A stretch of 64,000 nucleotides of DNA from Candidatus Gastranaerophilales bacterium (GCA_905234915.1 CAJOJP010000001.1:1271-65270), one strand, 5' to 3'. Positions 1-10,928 are shown, counted from the first letter of the stretch. The notes: generated by a model not told the origin, from the sequence alone. Numbers and translations are program-made.

Positions 1-213
1 AGAATTAACAGCTATTCAAATGTAACAGATTCAATCTTAATGGAAAATGTTAATGTCGGACGATATTCCGAAATAAAAAAGGCAATAATAGACAAAAACG
101 TGGATATACCACCATATACAAAAATAGGTATTAATCCTGAAGACGATAAAGCACGAGGCTTTCTTGTTTCTTCGGGCGGTGTTACTGTTGTTCCGAAAGG
201 TGCTAAATTATGA
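1..213 (+). CDS. glgC: glucose-1-phosphate adenylyltransferase, C-terminal fragment (gene starts upstream of window)
   Basis: Frame 1 is open from the window edge to TGA at 211-213. The translation ...[60 protein letters not shown] fits the beta-helix C-terminus of ADP-glucose pyrophosphorylases. The stop overlaps the next start (ATGA). Confidence 0.7.
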   Translation, partial: RINSYSNVTDSILMENVNVGRYSEIKKAIIDKNVDIPPYTKIGINPEDDKARGFLVSSGGVTVVPKGAKL

Positions 214-683
214 AAAAAATTTTAACTTTAATATTAATATTGTGTGCAGGCTGCACTATCGTAATCAATAAGAGAATACAAACAAATTATCAAATAAAAG
301 TCGAAAACGAACTCAAAAGAAGAGCACCAATTGAAATACCGGATCCATCCATTGTTACAATTCAAGATGTTAAAGATAGAAGAAAACCCACTATTGCATT
401 TTTTTACGTAGATTGGTGCGGTTATTGCAAACGCTTTATGCCCATATACGGCGAAGTTGCAAAAGAATACAAAAATAAATTTAACTTTGCAGTAATTCAT
501 TGCGAAAAACCGGAAAATGAAAATATCGTAAAAGAATTTGAAATTAGAGGGTTTCCGACACTCTTTATTATAGATAAAAGAGTTAACTATAATTTTCCTT
601 TATCGGGCAGTGTAACTCGTGATAAAGAAGCATTGGAAAAAGAACTTGATAAGTACCTTAAATTGCGCCGGCATTTCAGATAA
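210..683 (+). CDS. thioredoxin-fold lipoprotein (extracytoplasmic thiol-disulfide oxidoreductase-like)
   Basis: Signal peptide with lipobox LCAG-C, a WCGYC CxxC motif, and a GFPT cis-Pro loop typical of thioredoxin-like proteins. Confidence 0.7.
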   Translation: MKKILTLILILCAGCTIVINKRIQTNYQIKVENELKRRAPIEIPDPSIVTIQDVKDRRKPTIAFFYVDWCGYCKRFMPIYGEVAKEYKNKFNFAVIHCEKPENENIVKEFEIRGFPTLFIIDKRVNYNFPLSGSVTRDKEALEKELDKYLKLRRHFR

Positions 684-693
684 AAAATTTTGC

Positions 694-722
694 TTATGAC
701 AAAAAATTTTTTTTGATATAAT
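694..722 (+). promoter_or_regulatory. candidate sigma70-type promoter with extended -10 (TTATGA-17-TATAAT, TG at 714-715) upstream of the RND operon
   Basis: TGATATAAT at 714-722 and a weak -35 at 694-699, located 41 nt upstream of the adaptor gene start. Confidence 0.35.
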
Positions 723-762
723 CTAAGCATGCCAAAACAGAAAATAAACAGGGGATATAATA

Positions 763-1926
763 ATGGAAAAAATTGATGTAACTAGCAAAAAATCAAGATG
801 GGTATTGTTGATTCTTATCGTTATTTTAGGTCCCATTATTTTTAATCAAGTTAAAGGTGTTATTGCCGGAATTAATCAGAAAAAAGCGATGAGTATGCCC
901 GTTATTGTTCAAACTATACAACCTGAAGTAAAAGAAGTTTACTATGAAACTCAATCTGCCGGAAGAATAGACGCAAAGTATTCGGTTGATGTTGTTGCAA
1001 GAATTAACGGCTGGCTTCAAAAAAGATTTTTTGATGAAGGTGCCGAAATAAAAAAAGGTCAGACTCTTTTTCTTATAGAACCCGATGAATATCAAATTGC
1101 GGTAAAAAATGCAGAGGCAGGAGTTAAACGCTCTCAAGCGGCTCTTATAAATTCGGAAAAAGATTTACAGAGAGCTCAAGAACTTATTAAAAAGGATTAT
1201 GTCAGCAAATCATATTATGATGATGCATTGAGTCTTCGTGACCAAAATAAAGCAGCACTTGAAAGTGCAAAAGCACAGCTTGCAAATGCTAAACTGAATT
1301 TGAGCTATACAAAAATTACTTCGCCCATAGACGGTAAAATAGGTAAAATAATAATAACGGAGGGGAATCTTGTTAATGCACAGTCAGGACCTCTTGCTAA
1401 AATAGTAAGTATGAAACCTATATATGTGTATTTTTCGTTGAAAAGCAGCGAGTTTTTAAAATTCAAAAAATCCGATAACTCTGCCGATTTAAGTAATACC
1501 GATATTACAATTAAGTTAGCGGATGGAAGCATATACAAGGAAAAAGGCAAAATTGAATTTATTGATAATACGGTTAATGAAACAACAGGTACAATAAGTT
1601 TAAGAGCAACATTTAAAAATGCCGATGAGCTCTTAGTTCCGGGAGATTTTGTAAGAGTGTTTATAAAATCAAATGAACCAAAATCAGTTTTAATGATTCC
1701 CCAAAGCGCAGCAATGGATGATTCAAACGGATATTATGTCTGGAGCATAAATGAGGATAATAAAACCGAAAGAAAAAATATAAAAGTTTCGGACGAAATA
1801 AATAAAAATTGGGTTGTTACAGAAGGCTTGACAGAAAATGATGTTGTTGTCGGAAAAGGTATTCAAAGCATAAGAATGCCGGGACAAGTCGTAAAACCTA
1901 TGCCTCTGAATACAGAAAACAAATAA
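763..1926 (+). CDS. efflux RND transporter periplasmic adaptor subunit (AcrA/MexA family)
   Basis: N-terminal membrane anchor, coiled-coil hairpin region (AQLANAKLNLSYTKITSPIDGKIG lipoyl/barrel motif), and position directly upstream of the RND pump. Confidence 0.85.
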   Translation: MEKIDVTSKKSRWVLLILIVILGPIIFNQVKGVIAGINQKKAMSMPVIVQTIQPEVKEVYYETQSAGRIDAKYSVDVVARINGWLQKRFFDEGAEIKKGQTLFLIEPDEYQIAVKNAEAGVKRSQAALINSEKDLQRAQELIKKDYVSKSYYDDALSLRDQNKAALESAKAQLANAKLNLSYTKITSPIDGKIGKIIITEGNLVNAQSGPLAKIVSMKPIYVYFSLKSSEFLKFKKSDNSADLSNTDITIKLADGSIYKEKGKIEFIDNTVNETTGTISLRATFKNADELLVPGDFVRVFIKSNEPKSVLMIPQSAAMDDSNGYYVWSINEDNKTERKNIKVSDEINKNWVVTEGLTENDVVVGKGIQSIRMPGQVVKPMPLNTENK

Positions 1927-1958
1927 TTAAAATAAGTAAATAAAAACGGAAAATAATT

Positions 1959-4900
1959 ATGGAAGATAATATTAAAAAGAAAAATTTATATTTTTTTATA
2001 ACAAAACCTCGTTTTGCAATGGTTATATCCATATTTATAACACTTATAGGTATTGTATCGCTGTTTGGACTTCAGCTTGAAAAATATCCAAATATAACTC
2101 CTCCGCAAGTAAGCGTGAGAGCAACATACCCGGGGGCAAGTGCAGCGGTTATAGAATCCTCAGTTGCTTCAATTATTGAATCGCAGGTTAACGGTGTTGA
2201 AAATATGATATATATGTCATCAACTTCAAGCGATGAATCATATCAGTTAAATGTATTTTTTAAAGTAGGTACAAACAAAGATATAAACCTTGTAAATGTA
2301 CAAAACAGATTACAGCAGGTAGAACCGCTGTTACCGGAGGATGTTAAGCGTTTAGGCGTTACTGCCAAAAATCAGGTAGCAGGTGCAGGTGCCTGTATTC
2401 TTTCTCTTGGCAGCGAAAATGATTCATGGACACAGTTAGATTTGACGAATTATGCAACGGTATATATTAAAGATGAAATAAGCCGTTTAGATGGCGTCGG
2501 CGAAGTAAACGTCTTTGGTGCAGGCGATTACTCTATGAGAATATGGCTAGACCCAACAAAAATGGCAAATTTAAATGTTTCGGTATCCGAAATTCAAGCC
2601 GCCATCAATACTCAAAATGTACAGGTTTCTTCAGGTGCATTGGGGTCTTTGCCCAGTAAAACTAACCAAACTTTAAGAATGACGCTGATGACAAAAGGTC
2701 GTTTGTTAGAACCTGAAGAATTTGAAAATATAATAATTCGTTCAAATACCGACGGTTCAAATATAAGAATTAAAGATATAGCAAGAGTTGAACTCGGAGC
2801 ATATTCTTATGACCGATTTGGTCTGGTTGATAATAAACCCGTTGCCGTTATTCAAATTGTACCGTTGCCCGGAGCTAATACCGTAAATATTGTAAATCTT
2901 GTTAATAAAAAGGTTGAGGAATTAAATAAAACATTACCTGAAACATTAAAAATTAAAATGCAGTTTGATGATTCGTTATTTATTCGTGAATCAATGAAAG
3001 AAGTTGCAACCACAATCTTAATAACCTCATTGATAGTTATAATGGTAATTTTTATATTTTTAGGAGATTGGAGAGCAGCACTTGTACCATGTATAGCAAT
3101 TCCTGTTTCATTAATAGGTACATTTGCGGCTTTACCCGTGTTTAAAATGTCTATAAATTTATTAACATTATTTGCACTGGTTTTAGCTGTAACGCTAGTT
3201 GTAGATGATGCTATTGTTGTAATTGAAAACGTTAAAAGGCATCTTGAGGACGGTAAAACACCAATTGAAGCAACTCAACTTACAATGCAGGAGGTCGGCG
3301 GCGCACTTGTTGCAATGGCTATGGTCTTAATGGCAGTGTTCGTTCCTGTATCTTTTATGGGGGGGTTATCGGGATTGATGTACAGACAATTTGCTGTTTG
3401 TATATCGGTTTCCATTGCACTATCGGCTATATGCGCTCTTTCTTTATCTCCGGCTCTTTGTTCCATGATTTTAAGATCTGAAGATCCTGACCGTAAACCA
3501 AGTAATAAATTTACAGCTATTATTAAAACTGTTTTTACGGCTTTTGATGAAAGGTTTTCTAAAATTACGGAAATGTATCTTGATGTCGTAAAAAAATTCG
3601 TATATAACAAAAAATTAACAATATCTTTATATGTCGGGATTGTTTTATTAATGGGATTTTTATTTAAAATTATACCGACAGGTTTTATTCCTGATGAGGA
3701 TCAGGCTGTTTTAATGACTCAAATAGTATTGCCTCCGGGCTCGGCATTAAATAAAACAAAAGAAGTCGTTGAAAAAATGTATCATTCAATTAAAAATATT
3801 GAAGGAGTCGAACCACATAAAATAATTGCTTTCGCGGGTATGGGGCCTACAAATCAGGCATTTCTTGTTGCTGATTTAAAACCATGGCATGAAAGAAAAA
3901 TATACCCTTGGGATTGGGTTATAAGAAAAATACAAAACAGACCCACAAGTTTATCACATAATGCAATACTGAAAGAAATAAGAAAGGCAGCTTCACAAAT
4001 AAATGAAGCTTCAATAGCAGCATTCTCGCCTCCTGCAATATCCGGTATGAGTATGTTAGGCGGTTTTGAATTTCAAATGCTTTCAAAAGGAGAATATTCC
4101 ATCGGAGAAATTGAACAGTTTGCAAAAAAATTAACTGCCGCAGCAAATCAAGATTCCAGATTATCGAGTGTTTATACTACTTTTCAGGCAAATGTTCCTC
4201 AGTATCTTGTAAATATTGATTATGAAAAAGTATTATCGCAAAATGTTAATATACAGGAGTTGTATTCAACAATGGCTTCAACTTTAGGTACATACTACGT
4301 AAATGATTTCAATAAACTGGGACGTGTATTTAGAGTACAAATGCAAGCAGAAGATGATTTCAGAAATAAAGCTTCCGATTTGCAAAAAATATATGTAAAA
4401 AATACGAAAGGCGAAATGGTGCCTTTAATGACTATGATAAGCCTTAATCAGACGGTAGGTGCTGCTTCTATATCAAGATTTAACCAGTATAGAAGCGTAC
4501 AGTATTCAGGTCAGCCTTCTGCAGGTAAAAGTTCAGGTATTGCAATGCAGGCTATGGCTGAAGTTGCAGAAAAAACATTACCGTCTGATATGGGGTATGA
4601 TTGGTCAGGTACGTCATTACAGGAAAGAGAATCGACAGGACAAACCGGAACCGTTATAGCATTGGCACTTGTTTTTGTTTATTTGTTCCTTGTTGCATTG
4701 TATGAAAGCTGGTCAATACCTGTTGCGGTATTGTTAATCGCGCCTGTTGCAGCACTCGGAGCTTTAATATTCCAATTAATGTTAAACCAGGCATTTGACT
4801 TATATTCTCAGGTAGGTATGATAACATTAATAGGTGTTGCTGCAAAACAATCGATATTAATTGTAGAATTTGCAAAAGACCAGCATGAAAATAAAGGTTT

Positions 4901-5159
4901 AAGTATAGAAGAAGCTGCAATAGAAGCGGCAAGGCTCCGTTTTAGAGCCATTATGATGACGGCACTCGCTTTCATATTAGGGGTAATGCCAATGGTTCTT
5001 GCAACCGGGGCAGGAGCTCAGTCAAGGGTTTCTGTGGGTTCTACGGTATTCGGGGGTATGATTGCGGCAGCCTCAATTGGTATTATGCTTACTCCCGTAT
5101 TCTATGTACTTGTTCAATCACTTGTTGATTATCTTGGAAAAAAGAAACAAAATGCATAA
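1959..5159 (+). CDS. efflux RND transporter permease subunit (HAE1, AcrB/MexB-like)
   Basis: 1066 aa with a 12-TM layout and the conserved TM4 proton-relay motif [14 protein letters not shown]-terminal [20 protein letters not shown] is typical of AcrB. Confidence 0.95.
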   Translation: MEDNIKKKNLYFFITKPRFAMVISIFITLIGIVSLFGLQLEKYPNITPPQVSVRATYPGASAAVIESSVASIIESQVNGVENMIYMSSTSSDESYQLNVFFKVGTNKDINLVNVQNRLQQVEPLLPEDVKRLGVTAKNQVAGAGACILSLGSENDSWTQLDLTNYATVYIKDEISRLDGVGEVNVFGAGDYSMRIWLDPTKMANLNVSVSEIQAAINTQNVQVSSGALGSLPSKTNQTLRMTLMTKGRLLEPEEFENIIIRSNTDGSNIRIKDIARVELGAYSYDRFGLVDNKPVAVIQIVPLPGANTVNIVNLVNKKVEELNKTLPETLKIKMQFDDSLFIRESMKEVATTILITSLIVIMVIFIFLGDWRAALVPCIAIPVSLIGTFAALPVFKMSINLLTLFALVLAVTLVVDDAIVVIENVKRHLEDGKTPIEATQLTMQEVGGALVAMAMVLMAVFVPVSFMGGLSGLMYRQFAVCISVSIALSAICALSLSPALCSMILRSEDPDRKPSNKFTAIIKTVFTAFDERFSKITEMYLDVVKKFVYNKKLTISLYVGIVLLMGFLFKIIPTGFIPDEDQAVLMTQIVLPPGSALNKTKEVVEKMYHSIKNIEGVEPHKIIAFAGMGPTNQAFLVADLKPWHERKIYPWDWVIRKIQNRPTSLSHNAILKEIRKAASQINEASIAAFSPPAISGMSMLGGFEFQMLSKGEYSIGEIEQFAKKLTAAANQDSRLSSVYTTFQANVPQYLVNIDYEKVLSQNVNIQELYSTMASTLGTYYVNDFNKLGRVFRVQMQAEDDFRNKASDLQKIYVKNTKGEMVPLMTMISLNQTVGAASISRFNQYRSVQYSGQPSAGKSSGIAMQAMAEVAEKTLPSDMGYDWSGTSLQERESTGQTGTVIALALVFVYLFLVALYESWSIPVAVLLIAPVAALGALIFQLMLNQAFDLYSQVGMITLIGVAAKQSILIVEFAKDQHENKGLSIEEAAIEAARLRFRAIMMTALAFILGVMPMVLATGAGAQSRVSVGSTVFGGMIAAASIGIMLTPVFYVLVQSLVDYLGKKKQNA

Positions 5160-5184
5160 TAAACCTATAAGGATAGGAAGCAAA

Positions 5185-6726
5185 ATGAAAAAGAACTTAT
5201 TTATATTATTATTTTTAATAATTACATTACCTGTTTTAGCAGATGAAAAATTAAATGCAGAGGCGGAAAACAAATTAACTCCTGTTATTCTTGAAATTCA
5301 GGAAAGTTCCGATACTGCCTTGAAGCAGGAAAATATAGAAACTTCTGCTCTCGATAAAAATCTGTTAAAAGATATTGATAAAGCTCAGAAAAAAACATTG
5401 AAAAAAATGAGGAAGACAAATAAAAAAGGGAAAAAAGAAATAAATGAGCTGCAAAATAATAATGAAACTCCTCAGGTAAATGCAAATGTAAATATATCAA
5501 GAATCATAGAAGTTGATGAATGTGTGAAGCTTGCATTGGAAAATCATCCGGCAATACAATCAGCTATAGGAAATGCTGAAATTTATAAAAGCAGAATTGC
5601 TCAAGCATGGGCTAATTATTTTCCCACATTTTCGGCTGGTGTTAATTATTCCAGAAATGACACAATGGTAACGAGTTTTACCCCGCCTGTACAGCGGTAT
5701 GATTTATTTTATGTACCTACTGTATCTGCTAATATGCTTTTATTTGATTTCGGTAAGACAAAATCAGAAGCTGATATTGCTAAAAGAAGCTGGGAATCGG
5801 CAAAGTATGGTCTTGAAACAAGTATAAATACGGTTATTTATAATGTAAAACAAGCATACTTTAATTTATTGTTTGCAATTCAGCAGGTTAAGGTATATGA
5901 AGAAACTGTAAATGATTATGAATTGCATTTAGAACAAGCTAAAACTTATTATAAAATAGGGAAAAAACCCAAAATTGACGTATTAACTGCCGATTACAAT
6001 TTAGGAAAAGCAAAATTAAATTTAATACAGGCTAAAAATACATTAAAAATAGCTTATGTAGAGTTAAGCAATGCAATGGGAATGCCGGAATTATCCGATT
6101 ATGATGTAGTAGATAATCTTTCAACAAAGGCTTATGATATTACAATGGAGAAAGCTGCAGATACTGCTTATGAAACAAGCCCCGAACTTTTAGCCGCAAA
6201 GAAAAAGGCTGATGCTTCCAAAATACTGGTAAGAGCTTCAAGAAGGGCTTTTACTCCTGATATATCGGGTTTTGCTTCATATTCTAAAGGCGGAAAGAAA
6301 GTCGATACTGATGAAGGTTATCAAATTGGAGCACAAATCGGCTATCAAACAGTTAATCTCCTTGTTCTAAAAAAACAGGTAGATGAAGCAAAAGCAGCAT
6401 ATAAAAAGGATTTTGCCGATTACCTTAATACAAAACAAAATATTTATTTTGAGGTAAAACAATCTTATTTAAATATGGTAACGGCTCAAGAGAGTATAAC
6501 TGTTTCTAAGCTATCTATGGAGCAGGCTAAAGAACAGTATGATATAGCTTCAGGCAGATATAAAGTCGGGCTTGGCGATGCAATTGAATTAAAAGATGCT
6601 GAAACCACATATAGAAATGCTCAATTAGATTATTATAACTCACTTTTGAAATATCATACTTCAGCGGCAAATCTTGAACGAATAATGGGTGTACCTATAG
6701 GCAGGTCGGATACCGAACTTTTATAA
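5185..6726 (+). CDS. TolC-family outer membrane efflux protein
   Basis: Signal peptide MKKNLFILLFLIITLPVLA, starting at the ATG at 5185 (the longer ORF from 5062 overlaps the pump gene). Two OEP-type repeats (AQLDYYNSLLKYHTSAANLERIMG) and third position in the RND operon. Confidence 0.8.
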   Translation: MKKNLFILLFLIITLPVLADEKLNAEAENKLTPVILEIQESSDTALKQENIETSALDKNLLKDIDKAQKKTLKKMRKTNKKGKKEINELQNNNETPQVNANVNISRIIEVDECVKLALENHPAIQSAIGNAEIYKSRIAQAWANYFPTFSAGVNYSRNDTMVTSFTPPVQRYDLFYVPTVSANMLLFDFGKTKSEADIAKRSWESAKYGLETSINTVIYNVKQAYFNLLFAIQQVKVYEETVNDYELHLEQAKTYYKIGKKPKIDVLTADYNLGKAKLNLIQAKNTLKIAYVELSNAMGMPELSDYDVVDNLSTKAYDITMEKAADTAYETSPELLAAKKKADASKILVRASRRAFTPDISGFASYSKGGKKVDTDEGYQIGAQIGYQTVNLLVLKKQVDEAKAAYKKDFADYLNTKQNIYFEVKQSYLNMVTAQESITVSKLSMEQAKEQYDIASGRYKVGLGDAIELKDAETTYRNAQLDYYNSLLKYHTSAANLERIMGVPIGRSDTELL

Positions 6727-6737
6727 AGAGAGGTCAT

Positions 6738-7445
6738 ATGGGTATTGTTAAAAAAATTATTTATTACCTGAGATTATTAATTGCAATCGGAATTTTTGCA
6801 TTGACTATTGCTATTGCGATAAGTTACTTAACTGGTAATAATTTTTTAAATCTGCCGTTTGATGAAATCATCGGTTATATTGTGAAGGATCCGGTCGGTA
6901 TTACATTAAAATTCTTAGGCATACTTGCAATAATAACTCTTGTAATGGGACGAATTTGGTGTTCTTTAATATGCCCTGTCGGTACTTTTCAAGAAATTAT
7001 TTGGATTATTTCAAGACGTACTAATGAAAAACGCCCGAGTTATTTTTATAAATACATTTTTCTTTTAATAACAGCAATAGTATTATATTTCTTTCATTCA
7101 GAAATAATAAACTATATAAGCACTCATAAAACAGCAGTAATTTTGACCGGTACCGTAGTTATGTTTTTGATTGCTTTACTAACAATATTTAAAGGAAGAT
7201 TTTTTTGCAGTGATATTTGTCCTTTCGGGGCATTATACGGACTTATTTCCAAATTTTCAATACTTAAAATACATCAGGGCAAAAATTGTATGTATTGCAG
7301 TATGTGTGAAGAAGTCTGCCCTACAGGCTGTATAGATGTAAATGAAGAATACGTAAATAACGTTACGTGCGTAAAATGCTTACGCTGTTTTAACACTTGC
7401 AGTGATAACGGCATGAATTACGGAATAAAATTTTGGAAACATTAA
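6738..7445 (+). CDS. membrane-bound 4Fe-4S binding protein (NapH/MauN/NosR-like polyferredoxin)
   Basis: Two GRxWCSxxCPxG membrane-loop motifs (GRIWCSLICPVGTFQE, GRFFCSDICPFGALYG) plus two ferredoxin-type clusters (CMYCSMCEEVCPTGC, CVKCLRCFNTC). It starts 11 nt after the TolC-like stop. Confidence 0.7.
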   Translation: MGIVKKIIYYLRLLIAIGIFALTIAIAISYLTGNNFLNLPFDEIIGYIVKDPVGITLKFLGILAIITLVMGRIWCSLICPVGTFQEIIWIISRRTNEKRPSYFYKYIFLLITAIVLYFFHSEIINYISTHKTAVILTGTVVMFLIALLTIFKGRFFCSDICPFGALYGLISKFSILKIHQGKNCMYCSMCEEVCPTGCIDVNEEYVNNVTCVKCLRCFNTCSDNGMNYGIKFWKH

Positions 7446-7455
7446 TAAGAAATTT

Positions 7456-8367
7456 ATGTTTAAAAAGATTATTATAAATATAATTATCACTTTAATACTT
7501 ATTTGTTCGGCTGAATTTTTCTGCTTTAATATTGCAAAAAAAGAGAATGAATCATTCAAATTAAAGACAGATAAGCTTGCAGCTAATAACAGCAAGACTT
7601 ATAAAACCAAATATACAATTTTATCTGATTTTAAACCTGTTTTATGGAGAAAATCTTTTATAAAAAATAATTCATTAAAAAAACCAATAATTTGGTTCGG
7701 GTGTTCTTTTGCGGAAGGTGCCGGATTAAAGGATAATGAGTCACCCTGTTATAAAATATCGCAATTAACGGGAAGAAGCTGTATAAATAGGGCAAAAGGC
7801 GCAACAGGAGTGCAGTTTATGTATTATCAACTGTTAAATGAAAATTTTTTTGAAGCAGTGCCTCAGGCAGATTACGTTATTTATACATTTATTTATCACC
7901 ATATTAAAAGATTATTTAATTTTCAAATTAATCCATTGCTTGATATGTTTAATATAAGATACAAAATATCAAATGGTAAATTAGTTGAGATAAAACCGTT
8001 TTTTAAACCGTTTTATTCCTCTTTCATAGTAAAAAGATTTTTAAATAAAATAGAACTCAGTCAATCGGAAGCAGAAGAAAAAGATTTTAAACTTTTTAAT
8101 AAAATAATGGAAGCTTCTTTAAATATTACAAGGCAAAAATATCCACAGGCAAAATTCATTCTTATTGAATTTCCGGATTTATCAGGCAAAGAACTGCCTG
8201 ATTATGAAATTAAAAATCTTGAATCAATGGGAATAAATGTGATTAAAGTTATCGACATTATCTCTGATATTACAGACAAAAAATACTGGCTTGAAGATAA
8301 TATACACCCTAATGAAAAAGCATGGGATATAATTATTCCTGAAATAACAAAAGAATACATCAAATAA
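7456..8367 (+). CDS. membrane-anchored SGNH/GDSL-like hydrolase (tentative)
   Basis: N-terminal TM anchor, block I-like FGCSFAEGAG (Ser in the GDS position), and C-terminal DNIHPNEKAW resembling the SGNH D-x-x-H catalytic block. It starts 10 nt after the preceding stop. Confidence 0.4.
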   Translation: MFKKIIINIIITLILICSAEFFCFNIAKKENESFKLKTDKLAANNSKTYKTKYTILSDFKPVLWRKSFIKNNSLKKPIIWFGCSFAEGAGLKDNESPCYKISQLTGRSCINRAKGATGVQFMYYQLLNENFFEAVPQADYVIYTFIYHHIKRLFNFQINPLLDMFNIRYKISNGKLVEIKPFFKPFYSSFIVKRFLNKIELSQSEAEEKDFKLFNKIMEASLNITRQKYPQAKFILIEFPDLSGKELPDYEIKNLESMGINVIKVIDIISDITDKKYWLEDNIHPNEKAWDIIIPEITKEYIK

Positions 8368-8489
8368 AATCAAATAATAATATAAACTTTTGTTAAGCTG
8401 AAAACTGCTTTTTTTATTGAATTTTACGTTTTTATCAAAAATTATTAAAACAAAAACTAAAGTTTAAAAATTTTATGCCGATATATATA

Positions 8490-8570
8490 TTATAAAGGAC
8501 AATAAGTCCATTAAACTTCCCTCCCCCAAAATAAGTCTAGTAGCCGCCAAGTCAGGTCGGCTTTTTTTTT
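8490..8570 (+). ncRNA. candidate small RNA or 3'UTR-derived RNA with an exposed C-rich tract, ending in a strong intrinsic terminator
   Basis: Small hairpin GGACAATAAGTCC (8497-8509), a CUUCCCUCCCCC tract (8516-8527), then a terminator. No ORF is present. The 5' end is unknown. Confidence 0.25.
8543..8570 (+). terminator. rho-independent terminator
   Basis: GCCGCC-AAGTCA-GGTCGGC stem-loop (one bulge) followed by nine T. Confidence 0.75.
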
Positions 8571-8645
8571 GTGTATAATTAATTTTTAGATATTTCTATA
8601 ACTTTTTTATTTGTACTATAATAATAAAGATTTTAAACATAAGGT

Positions 8646-10913
8646 ATGACTATGAGCCTAGAAGAAGAATTATTCAATGGAGTTGAAAAAAATACTCCCG
8701 ATTATATTAAAAATAACAAATATATTGATATTGACAATAAAAAAGAATTTACTTTTATATTAAAAAAAGAGCATCTTCTTCCTTATGATGCAGAAAATAA
8801 TCCATTGGGATTAAATCTTAATAACTGGCTGAAAAATTATGAAAAAGAGGCAGCAGTTTCAACAGCCGGTATAAGAGGACCTCAAAACATTTTATATCCC
8901 TATGATGTTCGATTCCCTATCAATATAATGGGAATTATGCTTGCAACTTACGCAAAAGCTCTTGTTGCAAAAGAAAAATATAAAGGGAAAAAAATTATAA
9001 AATTGGTAGGACGAGAGGTTAGATATAATAGTGATAAATTTTTGGATTTAATAGCCAGAGTCCAGGCAGCGCAAGGAATTGAAACTCTTACTGTTTATGA
9101 AAGAAAAACAATGCCGATTTGGCTTGCTTCATTTTTATGTTTTAAACTTGATTTGGCAGGAGGAGAATATATTACATCAAGTCATGGTATAAGTGTTAAA
9201 AACGCCACGAAAGACTTAAATTCCCAGGGCAGCCAGTATCTGCCCGATGAATCAATGGAATTTGTTAATAAAATTAAAGAAATTTTTGATATAGTTCAAA
9301 AAAAAGGAACTTATGAAATAAAAATTGCTAAATCGGATGATGAATTGATTAATGAAAATTTTATGAAATCAATTAATAACGGTATCGATTTATATATAGA
9401 ATATCTTGAAAATGGTGTTGCAAACAAAGAAAATCTTGATTTAATAAAAAGAACAAATAATAAAATTATTATAGAAAATGTTGGCGGAAGTGCATATAAT
9501 ACTTTAAATAAAATCCTTATGAAATTTAAGATACAAAATAAGTTTGTCTGGATGAATATTGAGGAAGATGCATTTTTTCACGGTATAGGAAAATATGATA
9601 CCGACCCGATGGGAAATAAATGTTTTTATGATTATTCCGTAGATGCAACCGTAATTTCAAAGCAAAAAGACGGAAAATATTATTTCCCCGTAATCGATAC
9701 GCTTAATTACAGTGAAAAACTTAAAAATTATCCCGTTGGAACTGTTGTTTTGATTACAGACCCGGATCACGACAGACTCACTGTCTGCCAGATTGAAAGT
9801 TCAGAAAAAATACACAAGCTGGAAAAAATCGGAATAAGCACATCTAAACTTGACAGTAAAAGAGTTTTATGCGTTTATACCGCAAATCAGTCTTTCTTAT
9901 TAATTATGAATTTTTGGAAAGAACAATTGCAAAAATCAGGTAAATGGAATAATTACCCGAGATTTATTGTTAAAACCACTGCAAGTGCAAAAAGCTGGGA
10001 TGAATGGGCAGAATTTAACGGAATAAAAGTTGTAAATGTTCCTGTCGGCTTTAAAGAAATTGCAAATATAATGAAAAAAGTCGAAAATCAAATTATAAAA
10101 AATCCAAATAAAGACGTTATTATTACTGATGTTTTCGGCAATGATATTAATCTCGGCAAAAATCCGCGTATGATTTTCGGCGGAGAAGAATCCGGCGGAA
10201 TGATTATCGGCAGTGAAGAACTTATAAAATCGAAAGCCGGAAGAATTGCCATAGCAATGAGAGAAAAAAGTGCTTCTGAAGCAATTATTATAGCCGCGGC
10301 TTTAGTTTCTAACCTTGAAAAAGATAATAAAACACTATCTGATGCATTAGAAGAAATATTCACGAAAAATAATATTATTGCTAAATATGATATGCGTGAA
10401 GATATTGCTTATTACAATGAATCTGAACCTGATATAGAAAAATTAATGCAGTCAAAAAAAGAAGGTGAAGAAAAAAGAACAAAAAATGATTTATTCTTTT
10501 TAGCTCCTGCGCTTGCTTTTTTTGACAAAAAAATTACTCTTGAGCAAATCAAATCAGTATTTAAATCAATTTTTGAAACTTTAAACTTTGATAATCTTAT
10601 AGATATTAAATTTGTAGGTGACGGTACTTATCTTAAATTTACGGATAAATTTATAGAAATCAGACCTTCAGGTACTGATGCAAAAACAAAAGCATACGGT
10701 TCCGGGGCAAATAAAGAAGATATCTCACAATTCGCCCGTGTTCTTGGAAATTATTCAGGAAATTTAAATGCCTTATATCTTGATTTAATTTCTCAAGATT
10801 ACTACAATAATGCTAAAGAAAAATCCATGTGTGAATATCTGAAATTTACAAATAAAGATTTTGATACAAGAGTTTTTGAAATACCGGATTACGATAAAAC
10901 ACTAAAAATATAA
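8646..10913 (+). CDS. alpha-D-phosphohexomutase superfamily protein, divergent and unusually long
   Basis: All four family loops are recognisable in order: TSSHGIS (phosphoserine loop, normally TASHNP), DPDHDR (metal loop), GGEESGG (sugar loop) and RPSGTDAKTKAY (phosphate loop). Confidence 0.6.
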   Translation: MTMSLEEELFNGVEKNTPDYIKNNKYIDIDNKKEFTFILKKEHLLPYDAENNPLGLNLNNWLKNYEKEAAVSTAGIRGPQNILYPYDVRFPINIMGIMLATYAKALVAKEKYKGKKIIKLVGREVRYNSDKFLDLIARVQAAQGIETLTVYERKTMPIWLASFLCFKLDLAGGEYITSSHGISVKNATKDLNSQGSQYLPDESMEFVNKIKEIFDIVQKKGTYEIKIAKSDDELINENFMKSINNGIDLYIEYLENGVANKENLDLIKRTNNKIIIENVGGSAYNTLNKILMKFKIQNKFVWMNIEEDAFFHGIGKYDTDPMGNKCFYDYSVDATVISKQKDGKYYFPVIDTLNYSEKLKNYPVGTVVLITDPDHDRLTVCQIESSEKIHKLEKIGISTSKLDSKRVLCVYTANQSFLLIMNFWKEQLQKSGKWNNYPRFIVKTTASAKSWDEWAEFNGIKVVNVPVGFKEIANIMKKVENQIIKNPNKDVIITDVFGNDINLGKNPRMIFGGEESGGMIIGSEELIKSKAGRIAIAMREKSASEAIIIAAALVSNLEKDNKTLSDALEEIFTKNNIIAKYDMREDIAYYNESEPDIEKLMQSKKEGEEKRTKNDLFFLAPALAFFDKKITLEQIKSVFKSIFETLNFDNLIDIKFVGDGTYLKFTDKFIEIRPSGTDAKTKAYGSGANKEDISQFARVLGNYSGNLNALYLDLISQDYYNNAKEKSMCEYLKFTNKDFDTRVFEIPDYDKTLKI

Positions 10914-10928
10914 TAAAGGAGAATAAAA

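Noticed and set aside
208-213. ATGA overlap between glgC and the thioredoxin-like gene, considered as a hint of redox regulation of ADP-glucose pyrophosphorylase
   Set aside because: The thioredoxin-like protein has a lipoprotein signal peptide and should be extracytoplasmic. It therefore cannot act on cytoplasmic GlgC, so the overlap probably reflects compact gene packing only.
5062-5184. N-terminal 41-codon extension of the TolC-like ORF, overlapping the end of the RND pump gene
   Set aside because: The extension has no signal-peptide character. The ATG at 5185 is immediately followed by a classic signal peptide (MKKNLFILLFLIITLPVLA), so that start was used instead.
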